DNA of 64,000 bases. Source: an uncultured Rubripirellula sp. Its GTDB lineage: Bacteria; Planctomycetota; Planctomycetia; Pirellulales; Pirellulaceae. Below the pieces are notes generated by a model. That model was not told where the DNA came from. It ran no database searches and saw only the letters and a program-made list of their open reading frames with translations. Shown in pieces: positions 50,904-59,475 of the stretch (the first letter of the stretch is position 1; every line of letters starts with the position of its first letter). A program made the translations under genes and the position numbers. The stretch spans positions 32,001 to 96,000 of the forward strand of contig CALKGR010000003.1 of the NCBI GenBank assembly GCA_938085445.1, given 5' to 3'.

Positions 50904-52814
50904 ATGTCGCATTTTCCGCTCGATCAAAATCCTGACCTTGATCCGTACTTTGATGAACTTGGGTACTGGTTAGAACTCGAAGGGGAAGCCGAACGGGAGC
51001 GTATGGCTCGACGCCGAAAGATCCGATCCCAAACGCATGTAGAAAAGACAGGCGAAACGGTAATCGGACTTCAAATGCAAGACCATCAAACTGGCTTGGC
51101 GGGTCGTTTGTTACTTGACTTCAGCAAACCGGGGGACCAAGGCCTTCCCATGAATCGCCTGAAGGTTGGCTCGCCTGTGGTGGTATCGGATAACGATAAT
51201 CCTGCTGATAAGGGTGTCGCTGGTGTCGTCAGTCGCCGTAAACATCACACCATTCAGGTGGCGACCGATACGTGGCCCGAGGGCAAGCGGTACAGAATCG
51301 ACTTGTCGCCCGATGAAACCACAAGGCGAAGACAATCAGCTGCAATGGCCAAAGCTCGACTCGCGACTGGCCGACCCGCCAAACTACGGGATGTGCTGCT
51401 TGGAAAACGAGAAGCAAGATTTGCCGAAAGCAACACCGTCAAAAACTGCCTGACGACGCTCAATCCACCGCAGCTGGATGCTGTAGCCTTTGGACTTGCA
51501 TCGAAAGATGTTGCTGTCATCCATGGACCACCCGGAACTGGAAAGACAACAACACTTGCCGAATTGATCTATCAAGCTGTTCAACATGGGCAGACTGTTC
51601 TGGCTTGTGCACCCAGTAACACCGCTGTCGATAACCTGCTGGAGAAGTTGGTTGCACGCATGCCGGCTGTTGTCAGGGTTGGACACCCGGCACGCGTCTT
51701 TGAGTCCCTGCGGGGACACACTTTGGACGAATTGGTAGACAACGATCCATCAACCGATGTTGTCCGAGATATGCGACGCGAAGTTAAAGAATTGATTCGC
51801 ATTGCGGAAAAAGGATTCCGCTCACGTGATGGACACCGACGAAGACGTGAATTATTTGCTGAAGCCGGCAAACTACGGGGTCAGATTCGATCATTGGAAA
51901 AATCAGTGATCCAAAGCGTCATTGATTCCGCTGATGTCGTTTGCACAACCACCACCATCGACGATGAGCTCCTGAACACTCGATCTTTCGACTTGGTTGT
52001 GATTGATGAAGCCTGCCAATGCACGGTACCAAGTGTCTGGCAGGCTGTTCTTCGGGCTGAGAAATTGATTCTCGCCGGTGACCACTGCCAACTACCACCC
52101 ACCGTGTTAAGTGATCAGGCTGCTGCCCGAGGAATGAAAGATTCCCTGATGCAACGCCTGATCGAGCGCGACGGTGAATCCATCTATCGACAACTGACAG
52201 TTCAATACCGCATGCATGAATCCATCATGCAATTCTCCTCCGATACCTTTTACGACGGCAAACTCATTGCCGATGCGTCTATTCGAAAGCACCGACTCTG
52301 TGACCTGCCTGATGTGGTCGAAAAACCACTAACGGATTCACCACTCGAATTCATTGATACGGCAGGTGCTGAATACGAGGAACAGCTCGAACCCGATGGC
52401 GAAAGCAAGCTGAATCCAAAAGAAGCTGACCTTGTCATTCAACTGATCGGAGACCTTATCGAAGCAGGCGTCTCGCCAGAAGAAATGGGTATCATCGCGC
52501 CTTATGCTGCCCAAGTCCGGTTGCTAAGAGGCAAGCTAAATGTGATTGGCTTGGAAATTGATACTGTTGATGGTTTTCAAGGACGGGAGAAGGAGGTCAT
52601 CATCGTCACGATGGTCCGAAGTAATCACCATCGCGAAATCGGATTTCTGGCGGATACTAGACGAACCAATGTCGCCCTCACGCGAGCCCGACGGAAGCTG
52701 ATTGTTATCGGTGATAGTGCTACTTTGGCTTCCCATCCATTCTATGCCGATATGATCGAACACTTTGAAACACGAAACGCTTACCGCTCCGTGTGGGAAT
52801 TCGGGATCCTATGA
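50904..52814 (+). CDS. Superfamily 1B helicase, IGHMBP2/SMUBP-2 (Upf1-like)
   Basis: HGPPGTGKT, APSNTAVDNL, IDEA, GDHCQLPP, QYRM, TVDGFQGREKE and NVALTRAR. Confidence 0.9.
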   Translation: MSHFPLDQNPDLDPYFDELGYWLELEGEAERERMARRRKIRSQTHVEKTGETVIGLQMQDHQTGLAGRLLLDFSKPGDQGLPMNRLKVGSPVVVSDNDNPADKGVAGVVSRRKHHTIQVATDTWPEGKRYRIDLSPDETTRRRQSAAMAKARLATGRPAKLRDVLLGKREARFAESNTVKNCLTTLNPPQLDAVAFGLASKDVAVIHGPPGTGKTTTLAELIYQAVQHGQTVLACAPSNTAVDNLLEKLVARMPAVVRVGHPARVFESLRGHTLDELVDNDPSTDVVRDMRREVKELIRIAEKGFRSRDGHRRRRELFAEAGKLRGQIRSLEKSVIQSVIDSADVVCTTTTIDDELLNTRSFDLVVIDEACQCTVPSVWQAVLRAEKLILAGDHCQLPPTVLSDQAAARGMKDSLMQRLIERDGESIYRQLTVQYRMHESIMQFSSDTFYDGKLIADASIRKHRLCDLPDVVEKPLTDSPLEFIDTAGAEYEEQLEPDGESKLNPKEADLVIQLIGDLIEAGVSPEEMGIIAPYAAQVRLLRGKLNVIGLEIDTVDGFQGREKEVIIVTMVRSNHHREIGFLADTRRTNVALTRARRKLIVIGDSATLASHPFYADMIEHFETRNAYRSVWEFGIL

Positions 52815-52929
52815 TCGACCAAAGGCTGTGTCGTGATCTGCTGTCCACGGATAAAAATTAGATTCGATGCCTCATCAAATCACCAAATCACCTTGATTTT
52901 ATGTCGTTGCTGGGCGTAAAGAGTGATCT

Positions 52930-53517
52930 ATGGAAGCGAAATACTATGCAACGTGTTTTTGGCCGGGACTGGCCGAACTGTGGTGGCGTGGGCGGTTATC
53001 TGCCCTGCCCGCCGCATTTGCATTCACCTTGGTCGTGAACCTTATACTCGTCGCGCGATACCTGTATCCCGGATGGATTCATAGCGGTTTGGTGTCTTTA
53101 GCCTTCTGGGGTGGGCTGATCACGCTGTTTTTTTACATCATTCGCACCGCTCGAGAATTACCAACCTTTATCAACCCACGCGAAACGTCGGAAGAACCCG
53201 ATCAATTCCCTGATGCGAGAATTGCGTATCTCAGCGGTCAATGGGAAGAGGCCGAAGGTTTATTGACCGATGTGCTAGCAATAGAGCCGAGAGATCCTCC
53301 CGCGTTGCTCCTTTTGACCGGCGTCTACCGTCACACGGGTCGTTTGGAAGCTGCTGAAGTATTACTACGAGAATTATCCCGACTGGAAGTGGCTGACGCT
53401 TGGTTACTGGAGATTGAGGCCGAATCCAAGCGTTTGGCACGAGCCGTCGAAGCTGAAAACGAAGCCGAACAAACTGACACAAAAAACCATGTGTCCGAGC
53501 TAAATGATGCTGCCTAA
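52930..53517 (+). CDS. Membrane protein with C-terminal TPR
   Basis: WPGL N-terminal motif, two TM helices and TPR-like AYLSGQWEEAE...PRDPPALL. Confidence 0.75.
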   Translation: MEAKYYATCFWPGLAELWWRGRLSALPAAFAFTLVVNLILVARYLYPGWIHSGLVSLAFWGGLITLFFYIIRTARELPTFINPRETSEEPDQFPDARIAYLSGQWEEAEGLLTDVLAIEPRDPPALLLLTGVYRHTGRLEAAEVLLRELSRLEVADAWLLEIEAESKRLARAVEAENEAEQTDTKNHVSELNDAA

Positions 53518-53749
53518 ATGACAGAAGAACAGATGACAACGATTTGCGCTTGCCGCTGGAAAACAATGAGCCGTAAGCAAAAAAGTTTGATTTTAGACCG
53601 ATAACGTTGCTTTTCGGGAAATCGCAGCTGAAAGCTCCTATCCCCGCTTTTTACCGTAACCGATAGAATCACGCTAAGCTGGCTCGAACACCACTACCGT
53701 AGCTATCTCGGATTCTGATGAAAAAACAGAATGCCGTAATCCAGGAAAG

Positions 53750-53765
53750 TGGCGTACGGTTTGCT
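53750..53765 (+). promoter_or_regulatory. Candidate sigma-54 (-24/-12) promoter upstream of clpC
   Basis: TGGCGTACGGTTTGCT matches TGGC-N7-TTGCW with exact spacing. Confidence 0.55.
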
Positions 53766-53953
53766 ACTACACGTGTAAGAAACGACAAATTCGCCAATTT
53801 GACAGCACCCACCCCTGATTTTCATCGCAGAGCTGATTGAACCGTTCAATTGGTCCTCTGAGACATTAGTTCGTGGGGTACAGACAATCGACCTGCCGCG
53901 GAGTCACCCGCTCCCGACTGCGTCGGATAAGACAAGGGTTATAGAGACAACAT

Positions 53954-56596
53954 ATGTACGAAAGATTTACAGACCGCGCCCGTAAGGTTATGCAGCTGGC
54001 TAATCAGGAGGCTCAGCGTTTCAACCACGAGTACATCGGCACGGAGCACATTCTGCTTGGCTTGGTCAAGGAAGGAAGCGGAGTTGCTGCAAATGTTCTG
54101 AAGAACCTCGAGGTCGACCTTCGAAAGATCCGCTTGGAGGTCGAAAAATTGGTTCAAAGTGGTCCTGAAATGGTCACGGTTGGGAAACTGCCACAAACAC
54201 CACGGGCGAAGAAGGTCATCGAGTATTCGATGGAGGAAGCCCGTAACTTGAATCACAGTTATGTGGGAACTGAGCATATTCTGCTCGGTTTGCTGAGAGA
54301 GCAAGAGGGTGTCGCTGCACAGGTTCTGATGAACTTGGGGCTCAAACTGGAAGACGTCCGCGAAGAAGTCTTGAACTTGCTTGGACACGGCTTGGAAGGT
54401 GCTGAGGTTGGCGAACGTGGTGGACGCGGTAGTGAGAGTGAAAGCCCGACCAGCTCTGGAAAGAGCGGGAAGAGCAAAACTCCCGCCTTGGACAGCTTTG
54501 GCCGAGACCTGACAGAATTGGCAAAGAAGGGTGAACTGGATCCCGTCATTGGTCGTGCTCGGGAAATCGAGCGTGCCATCCAAATCCTCTGTCGAAGGAC
54601 AAAAAACAATCCCGTTCTGCTCGGAGAAGCAGGTGTTGGCAAAACAGCCATCGTTGAGGGATTCGCACAGCGAGTCATCGAAGGCGAAGTACCGGAGATT
54701 CTGGCCGAGAAGCGGATTGTTGTGCTGGACTTGGCGATGATGGTTGCTGGAACGAAGTACCGCGGCCAATTCGAAGAACGCATCAAAGCAGTGATGACCG
54801 AAGTGCGACGTGTTAAGAACACGATTCTCTTCATCGACGAACTTCACACGCTCGTTGGAGCTGGCGGAGCAGAAGGTGCAATTGATGCTGCCAACGTACT
54901 GAAGCCAGCTCTTGCCCGTGGTGAAATTCAGTGCATCGGTGCCACCACCCTGGATGAGTATCGAAAATACATCGAAAAAGACAATGCTCTGGCTCGTCGT
55001 TTTCAGGAGATCATCGTAGAACCGACCGCAAAAGATGAGACCATTGAAATCCTCAAAGGTCTACGAGGACGATATGAAGAGCATCATCGTGTCCAATTCA
55101 CTGACGATGCCGTCGTTGCCGCCGTTGAAATGAGCGAAAGATACATCACAGCCCGATGCCTTCCGGATAAAGCTATCGACGTCATTGATGAAGCCGGCGC
55201 CAGAGTTCGTCTGCGAACCATGACACGTCCACCAGATTTGAAGGAGATCGACGAGGAAGTCGAGAAACTGAACAAGGAAAAAGAGGATGCTGTCGCGAAC
55301 CAGGACTTCGAGAAAGCTGCCAATCTGAGGGATCAAGCCGAAAAGCTGCGAAAGAAGAAGGATCAGATCACGCAGGAATGGCGCGATAAAAGCCAACAGA
55401 CTGATGGAGTCGTTGATGAAGAAATCATCGCTGAAGTCGTCAGCAAAATGACTGGGATTCCATTGACGCGATTGTCTACCGAAGACAGCCTGCGTTTGAT
55501 GCAAATGGAAGAAGAACTTCACAAACGTGTGGTCAGTCAGGATGCCGCTGTGACTGCTGTCTCTAAGGCCGTCCGAAGAAGCCGCAGTGGTTTGAAAGAT
55601 CCTCGGAGACCTACTGGTTCATTCATTTTTGCCGGTCCCACCGGTGTTGGTAAAACTCTGCTCGCGAAAGCACTGGCCGAATACATGTTCGGTGACTCCG
55701 ATGCGCTGGTTCATATCGACATGAGTGAGTACATGGAAAAGCACAATGTCAGCCGCTTGATTGGCGCACCTCCCGGATTCGTCGGTTACGAAGAGGGTGG
55801 CCAACTGACCGAGAAAATCCGTCGGCGTCCCTATGCAGTTGTTCTGTTCGATGAGATCGAGAAAGCACATCCCGATGTCTTCAACATGATGCTGCAAGTG
55901 ATGGAAGAAGGACGGCTGACTGATTCGTTTGGTAGGAACGTCGACTTCCGCAACACCATCCTGATCATGACAACCAACGCCGGTGCTGAAGCGATCAAGA
56001 ATGAATCAGCATTTGGCTTTCAAAAACCAGATGGTGATGCCAGTTACGATTCCATGAAGCAGCGTGTGATGGACCAAATCGAACGAGTATTCCGTCCGGA
56101 ATTCCTCAACCGACTTGATGACACCATCATCTTCCGCCATCTCACTAAGGATGACCTCAAGAACGTGATCGACTACGAACTTGCGAAGGTACGTGAACGA
56201 TTACTGGATCGCGGATTGTCAATCGAGCTGACCGATGAAGCCAAAGAGTTCCTGGTCACGAAGGGAAGCAATCTCGATTATGGTGCTCGCCCACTCCGCA
56301 GAGCGTTGGAACAGCGAATTGAAGATCCACTGAGTGAAGAGCTGTTACGTGGTGCTTTTGAGGGTAAAGACACCATTATCGTCACCGGTATTCTGGAAAA
56401 CTCCGATGGTGATCGGGTCGAATCCAAAGATGTCACCACCAATGAAGATGGCAAGATGCTGGACGCCGATGGAAAACGAGTCAAAATTATTCGACTCGAG
56501 TTCAATGGCGAGAACCGTGGATTGGCCGATACTGCCGAACCAGTCAGCGCCGGCGTTGCAGAGGGTGATGAAGCTGAAACGAATGGCGACAGCTGA
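53954..56596 (+). CDS. clpC: ATP-dependent Clp protease ATP-binding subunit ClpC
   Basis: Two Clp-N repeats, GEAGVGKT and GPTGVGKT Walker A motifs, short UVR-type middle domain (AVANQDFEKAANLRD) and an FGF ClpP-docking-type loop. Confidence 0.93.
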   Translation: MYERFTDRARKVMQLANQEAQRFNHEYIGTEHILLGLVKEGSGVAANVLKNLEVDLRKIRLEVEKLVQSGPEMVTVGKLPQTPRAKKVIEYSMEEARNLNHSYVGTEHILLGLLREQEGVAAQVLMNLGLKLEDVREEVLNLLGHGLEGAEVGERGGRGSESESPTSSGKSGKSKTPALDSFGRDLTELAKKGELDPVIGRAREIERAIQILCRRTKNNPVLLGEAGVGKTAIVEGFAQRVIEGEVPEILAEKRIVVLDLAMMVAGTKYRGQFEERIKAVMTEVRRVKNTILFIDELHTLVGAGGAEGAIDAANVLKPALARGEIQCIGATTLDEYRKYIEKDNALARRFQEIIVEPTAKDETIEILKGLRGRYEEHHRVQFTDDAVVAAVEMSERYITARCLPDKAIDVIDEAGARVRLRTMTRPPDLKEIDEEVEKLNKEKEDAVANQDFEKAANLRDQAEKLRKKKDQITQEWRDKSQQTDGVVDEEIIAEVVSKMTGIPLTRLSTEDSLRLMQMEEELHKRVVSQDAAVTAVSKAVRRSRSGLKDPRRPTGSFIFAGPTGVGKTLLAKALAEYMFGDSDALVHIDMSEYMEKHNVSRLIGAPPGFVGYEEGGQLTEKIRRRPYAVVLFDEIEKAHPDVFNMMLQVMEEGRLTDSFGRNVDFRNTILIMTTNAGAEAIKNESAFGFQKPDGDASYDSMKQRVMDQIERVFRPEFLNRLDDTIIFRHLTKDDLKNVIDYELAKVRERLLDRGLSIELTDEAKEFLVTKGSNLDYGARPLRRALEQRIEDPLSEELLRGAFEGKDTIIVTGILENSDGDRVESKDVTTNEDGKMLDADGKRVKIIRLEFNGENRGLADTAEPVSAGVAEGDEAETNGDS

Positions 56597-56622
56597 TCAC
56601 TGACTAACCTTGAAATTTTTCT

Positions 56623-56653
56623 AAGCGGCGAATTACCATTCGCCGCTTTTTTT
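56623..56653 (+). terminator. Rho-independent terminator after clpC
   Basis: AAGCGGCGAAT-tacc-ATTCGCCGCTT followed by a T run. Confidence 0.9.
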
Positions 56654-56764
56654 GTGCCCTTTAAGAAACACCTGCGAAGTCCCTCTGTGTCAGCGAGTCT
56701 GCCCCGAAAACACTTTCTTCATGTAGAAGATCACAGTCAACATTCAAACTGTCATACGACCGAT

Positions 56765-57883
56765 CTAGCGGTCTCGTGCCATCGGCATGATCACGTAACC
56801 GTAACCATCATCAGTCGTCAGCAGTGCTGGTGCAGCCCCTGATTCAATTTCCATGATAAAGCCCACTTCGTTATCGAGGACTTTGCAGAAATCCGCCAAA
56901 TAACGGTGATCCATCGTCATTGTTATCGATTCACCCTCATACGCGATTGGTATTTCAATCTGCGATTCTCCAATTTCCGCCGTACTGGCTTCCATTTTCA
57001 GGGTTCCGTCAGCAAACGTGAAGTCAATTCCACGGCTTTCATGGTCCGTTACGATGGCTGCTTGCCGCAAAGCAGCAAAAAGTGGCCCCACAGTGACGTC
57101 CAACTGAACTGCATTTTCTCGCGTTGGGAAGACTTGCCGCCAATTGGGATAACGACCCTCTACCAAACGGGAATAAATAACTGCTTGAGGCGTACGAACC
57201 ATCAAGTCATTATTTCTTGCCGCTACATCTACCGTTTCATCTTTGTCGTTCAAAGCCCGCTCAATTAACTGGATCGCCCGAGTAGGGACGATCGTGCTGG
57301 CCCCCGTCGTCTGATGACCTCCGACTGACTCTCCTGTTCCTTCCATGCGAGCCAATCGTCGTCCATCAGTGCCAACGGCCGTGACCCGTGACTCTTCCAT
57401 TTCGAGAAGAACACCACCCAATGCAAACCGACTGCTATCCGAATCTGTGGCAAAGACCGTACGTTTTACCATCTCGCGGAACAACCGCGTTGGCAAAACG
57501 TGATACTTGTCCTCGTCGAAACCAGCAACCACAGGGAATTCATCTGGATTGTTACCAGGCAGTTTGAACTTACTACGTTTTCCTTTGACACGGATCCCTG
57601 CCTCATCTGTCTCAAATTCCAGCACCTCATCGTTGTTCTCTCGTAAGATGGCCATGGTCCGCTGAACAGGAAGCAAAGCCGTGCCTTCCGTTTCGACCGT
57701 GATACCTTCTTCCAGGTCCAAGCGAATCCCGACTTCCATGTCAGTCGCCGTCAATGTGATTTTCCCTCCCGCGGCAGTTACTTTCACATTTTGCAGGATC
57801 TCTTTAGGCGATCGTGCTGGTGCAATGCTAGCCGCAAGTGCAAACGCGTTCGTCAATGATTCTCGTTGGCAGGTGATCTTCAT
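56765..57883 (-). CDS. dnaN: DNA polymerase III beta clamp
   Basis: LTATDMEV, GTDGRRLA, RLVEGRYPNW and YVIMPM. Confidence 0.96.
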   Translation of the reverse strand: MKITCQRESLTNAFALAASIAPARSPKEILQNVKVTAAGGKITLTATDMEVGIRLDLEEGITVETEGTALLPVQRTMAILRENNDEVLEFETDEAGIRVKGKRSKFKLPGNNPDEFPVVAGFDEDKYHVLPTRLFREMVKRTVFATDSDSSRFALGGVLLEMEESRVTAVGTDGRRLARMEGTGESVGGHQTTGASTIVPTRAIQLIERALNDKDETVDVAARNNDLMVRTPQAVIYSRLVEGRYPNWRQVFPTRENAVQLDVTVGPLFAALRQAAIVTDHESRGIDFTFADGTLKMEASTAEIGESQIEIPIAYEGESITMTMDHRYLADFCKVLDNEVGFIMEIESGAAPALLTTDDGYGYVIMPMARDR

Positions 57884-58278
57884 GGAAATGCAAACCGATA
57901 CCGTGGAAGTTCTCTATCAAACAGATTTGCATGTTGTACCCCGTTGCTGCTTCTCTTGCATGGGGACAAGCCAAGTTCACAATTGGCTAACCAGCTCTTG
58001 CTTTCTCTATAAGTTAATTTTATCTATCGTCTTAATCGTAATCTTCCGCTGCGAACGGTTGAGATCTAATTGATTTCACTTCTAAAGTCAGACAGAGTAT
58101 TGGTTTATGAAAGACGAGACTCTGTGGAAAACAAGTTGGCTGACTGTTTGGATTCTGTCAAAATTTGCCTTGGTTTTGAACAATTTGGAACAGAGGGATG
58201 TTTCATAGATGCTATCAAAGATTCGAAAACAGACGGTTTGATGACAGACGACCAACATGTTTTCCACAGATCAAAAAG
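57884..58278. other. Candidate replication origin (oriC) between dnaA and dnaN
   Basis: AT-rich 395-bp non-coding gap with TTTTCCACA DnaA boxes at 58123-58131 (minus) and 58260-58268 (plus) and an AT-rich tract at about 58001-58046. Confidence 0.6.
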
Positions 58279-59382
58279 TCAGGCATCGTTAAATTTTTCT
58301 CTAACTTCCTCTGCTGCACGCTGCAGTTCAGAGTCAGATTCGAGCAGTAGTTCGGTTTTACGGATTGCGTGTAGAACGGTCGTGTGGTCACGTCCACCAA
58401 AGTATTCCCCAATTTGATGCATGCTCTTGGACGTCATCTGTCTCGCGATGAACATAGCGAGAGATCGGGCGCGGACGAGATTCTGTTTACGAGAACTGCT
58501 ACGAATATCAGCTACTTTGAGCCTAAAATACCGGGCTACAGTTGTCCCGATTGCTGCTAGCGAGACCTCTTCTCGCTCACCAACGACGGCGACAGCTGAG
58601 GTGATTGCATCTTCGGTTGGCTCAGCATCATGCATTCGACACCATAGCGAGACCTGTTTCAGAGCTGCTTCGAGAGCTCGGGTTGGGAGGCGGGGTTCCA
58701 GTTTGCGATCGAGTAAATCGAACAGGCTTGCATCGATACTCAGATTCAGGTGAACGGCTAATTCCCTGAGTAACTGGGATCTGGCAGCTGTTGCAGGCAT
58801 TTCCAGTGGAACTGTGAGCCCAGGCAGGACCCGACTGACCAAAAGTGGACGCATGCCCCTAATTTCAGAGGGGAGGCGTTTACACGTCAATAAGGTTGGT
58901 AGTCCGCGGATCACACGCTCTTCGATTCTCGCGGCCAATTCATCTTGGGCTGCTAATTTATCATTCATCAGATGGAGATCATCGATTACCAGAATCGGTG
59001 CTTCGTTGATTTCTTGGCGAAGTGGTGGCAGATCATCAGCACCCACTGCTTCTGCGTAAAGCCTGGCAAAGTCAATCGCGGGGTAGTACAGCACCGGCAT
59101 CGGCTCGCCCGTTTGTGATCGGCTTGACTCTCTTGCCGCAAGATGGAGAGCAATCGCTGTTTTTCCGCTGCCACTGGGGCCAATTAGCAGCAGGGGATTC
59201 CCCAAATCAAAGATTGAGGTTTCGGAGCATGCAACAAAATGCACCATCCGATTTTCTTCACCGGCGATGAAATAGGGCAAACTACCTCCCTGAATCGGCG
59301 TAGCACGTTTCCGTACTCTGGCGATTGGTCGCTCGAGAGGAAATGAGTGAACCTGATTGGCAGGGCTAGTCGCAGTCGACAT
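58279..59382 (-). CDS. dnaA: DnaA-family initiator lacking domain I (AAA+ domain plus domain IV)
   Basis: FIAGEENR, NPLLLIGPSGSGKT, VIDDLH and domain IV IGEYFGGRDHTTVLHA; only about 35 aa precede the AAA+ domain. Confidence 0.85.
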   Translation of the reverse strand: MSTATSPANQVHSFPLERPIARVRKRATPIQGGSLPYFIAGEENRMVHFVACSETSIFDLGNPLLLIGPSGSGKTAIALHLAARESSRSQTGEPMPVLYYPAIDFARLYAEAVGADDLPPLRQEINEAPILVIDDLHLMNDKLAAQDELAARIEERVIRGLPTLLTCKRLPSEIRGMRPLLVSRVLPGLTVPLEMPATAARSQLLRELAVHLNLSIDASLFDLLDRKLEPRLPTRALEAALKQVSLWCRMHDAEPTEDAITSAVAVVGEREEVSLAAIGTTVARYFRLKVADIRSSSRKQNLVRARSLAMFIARQMTSKSMHQIGEYFGGRDHTTVLHAIRKTELLLESDSELQRAAEEVREKFNDA

Positions 59383-59475
59383 GAATGGCCGTCAGAGGCT
59401 GGTAGGTGGGATCGTCTTTCGAGAAACGATTTCACCATTTTACGAGCTTGCGAGCGAAAAGCGAGTAAAATAATG

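Noticed and set aside
53939..54847. 302-aa antisense ORF (and other long antisense ORFs) over clpC
   Set aside because: Typical shadow ORF opposite a conserved, codon-biased chaperone gene; no independent protein features.
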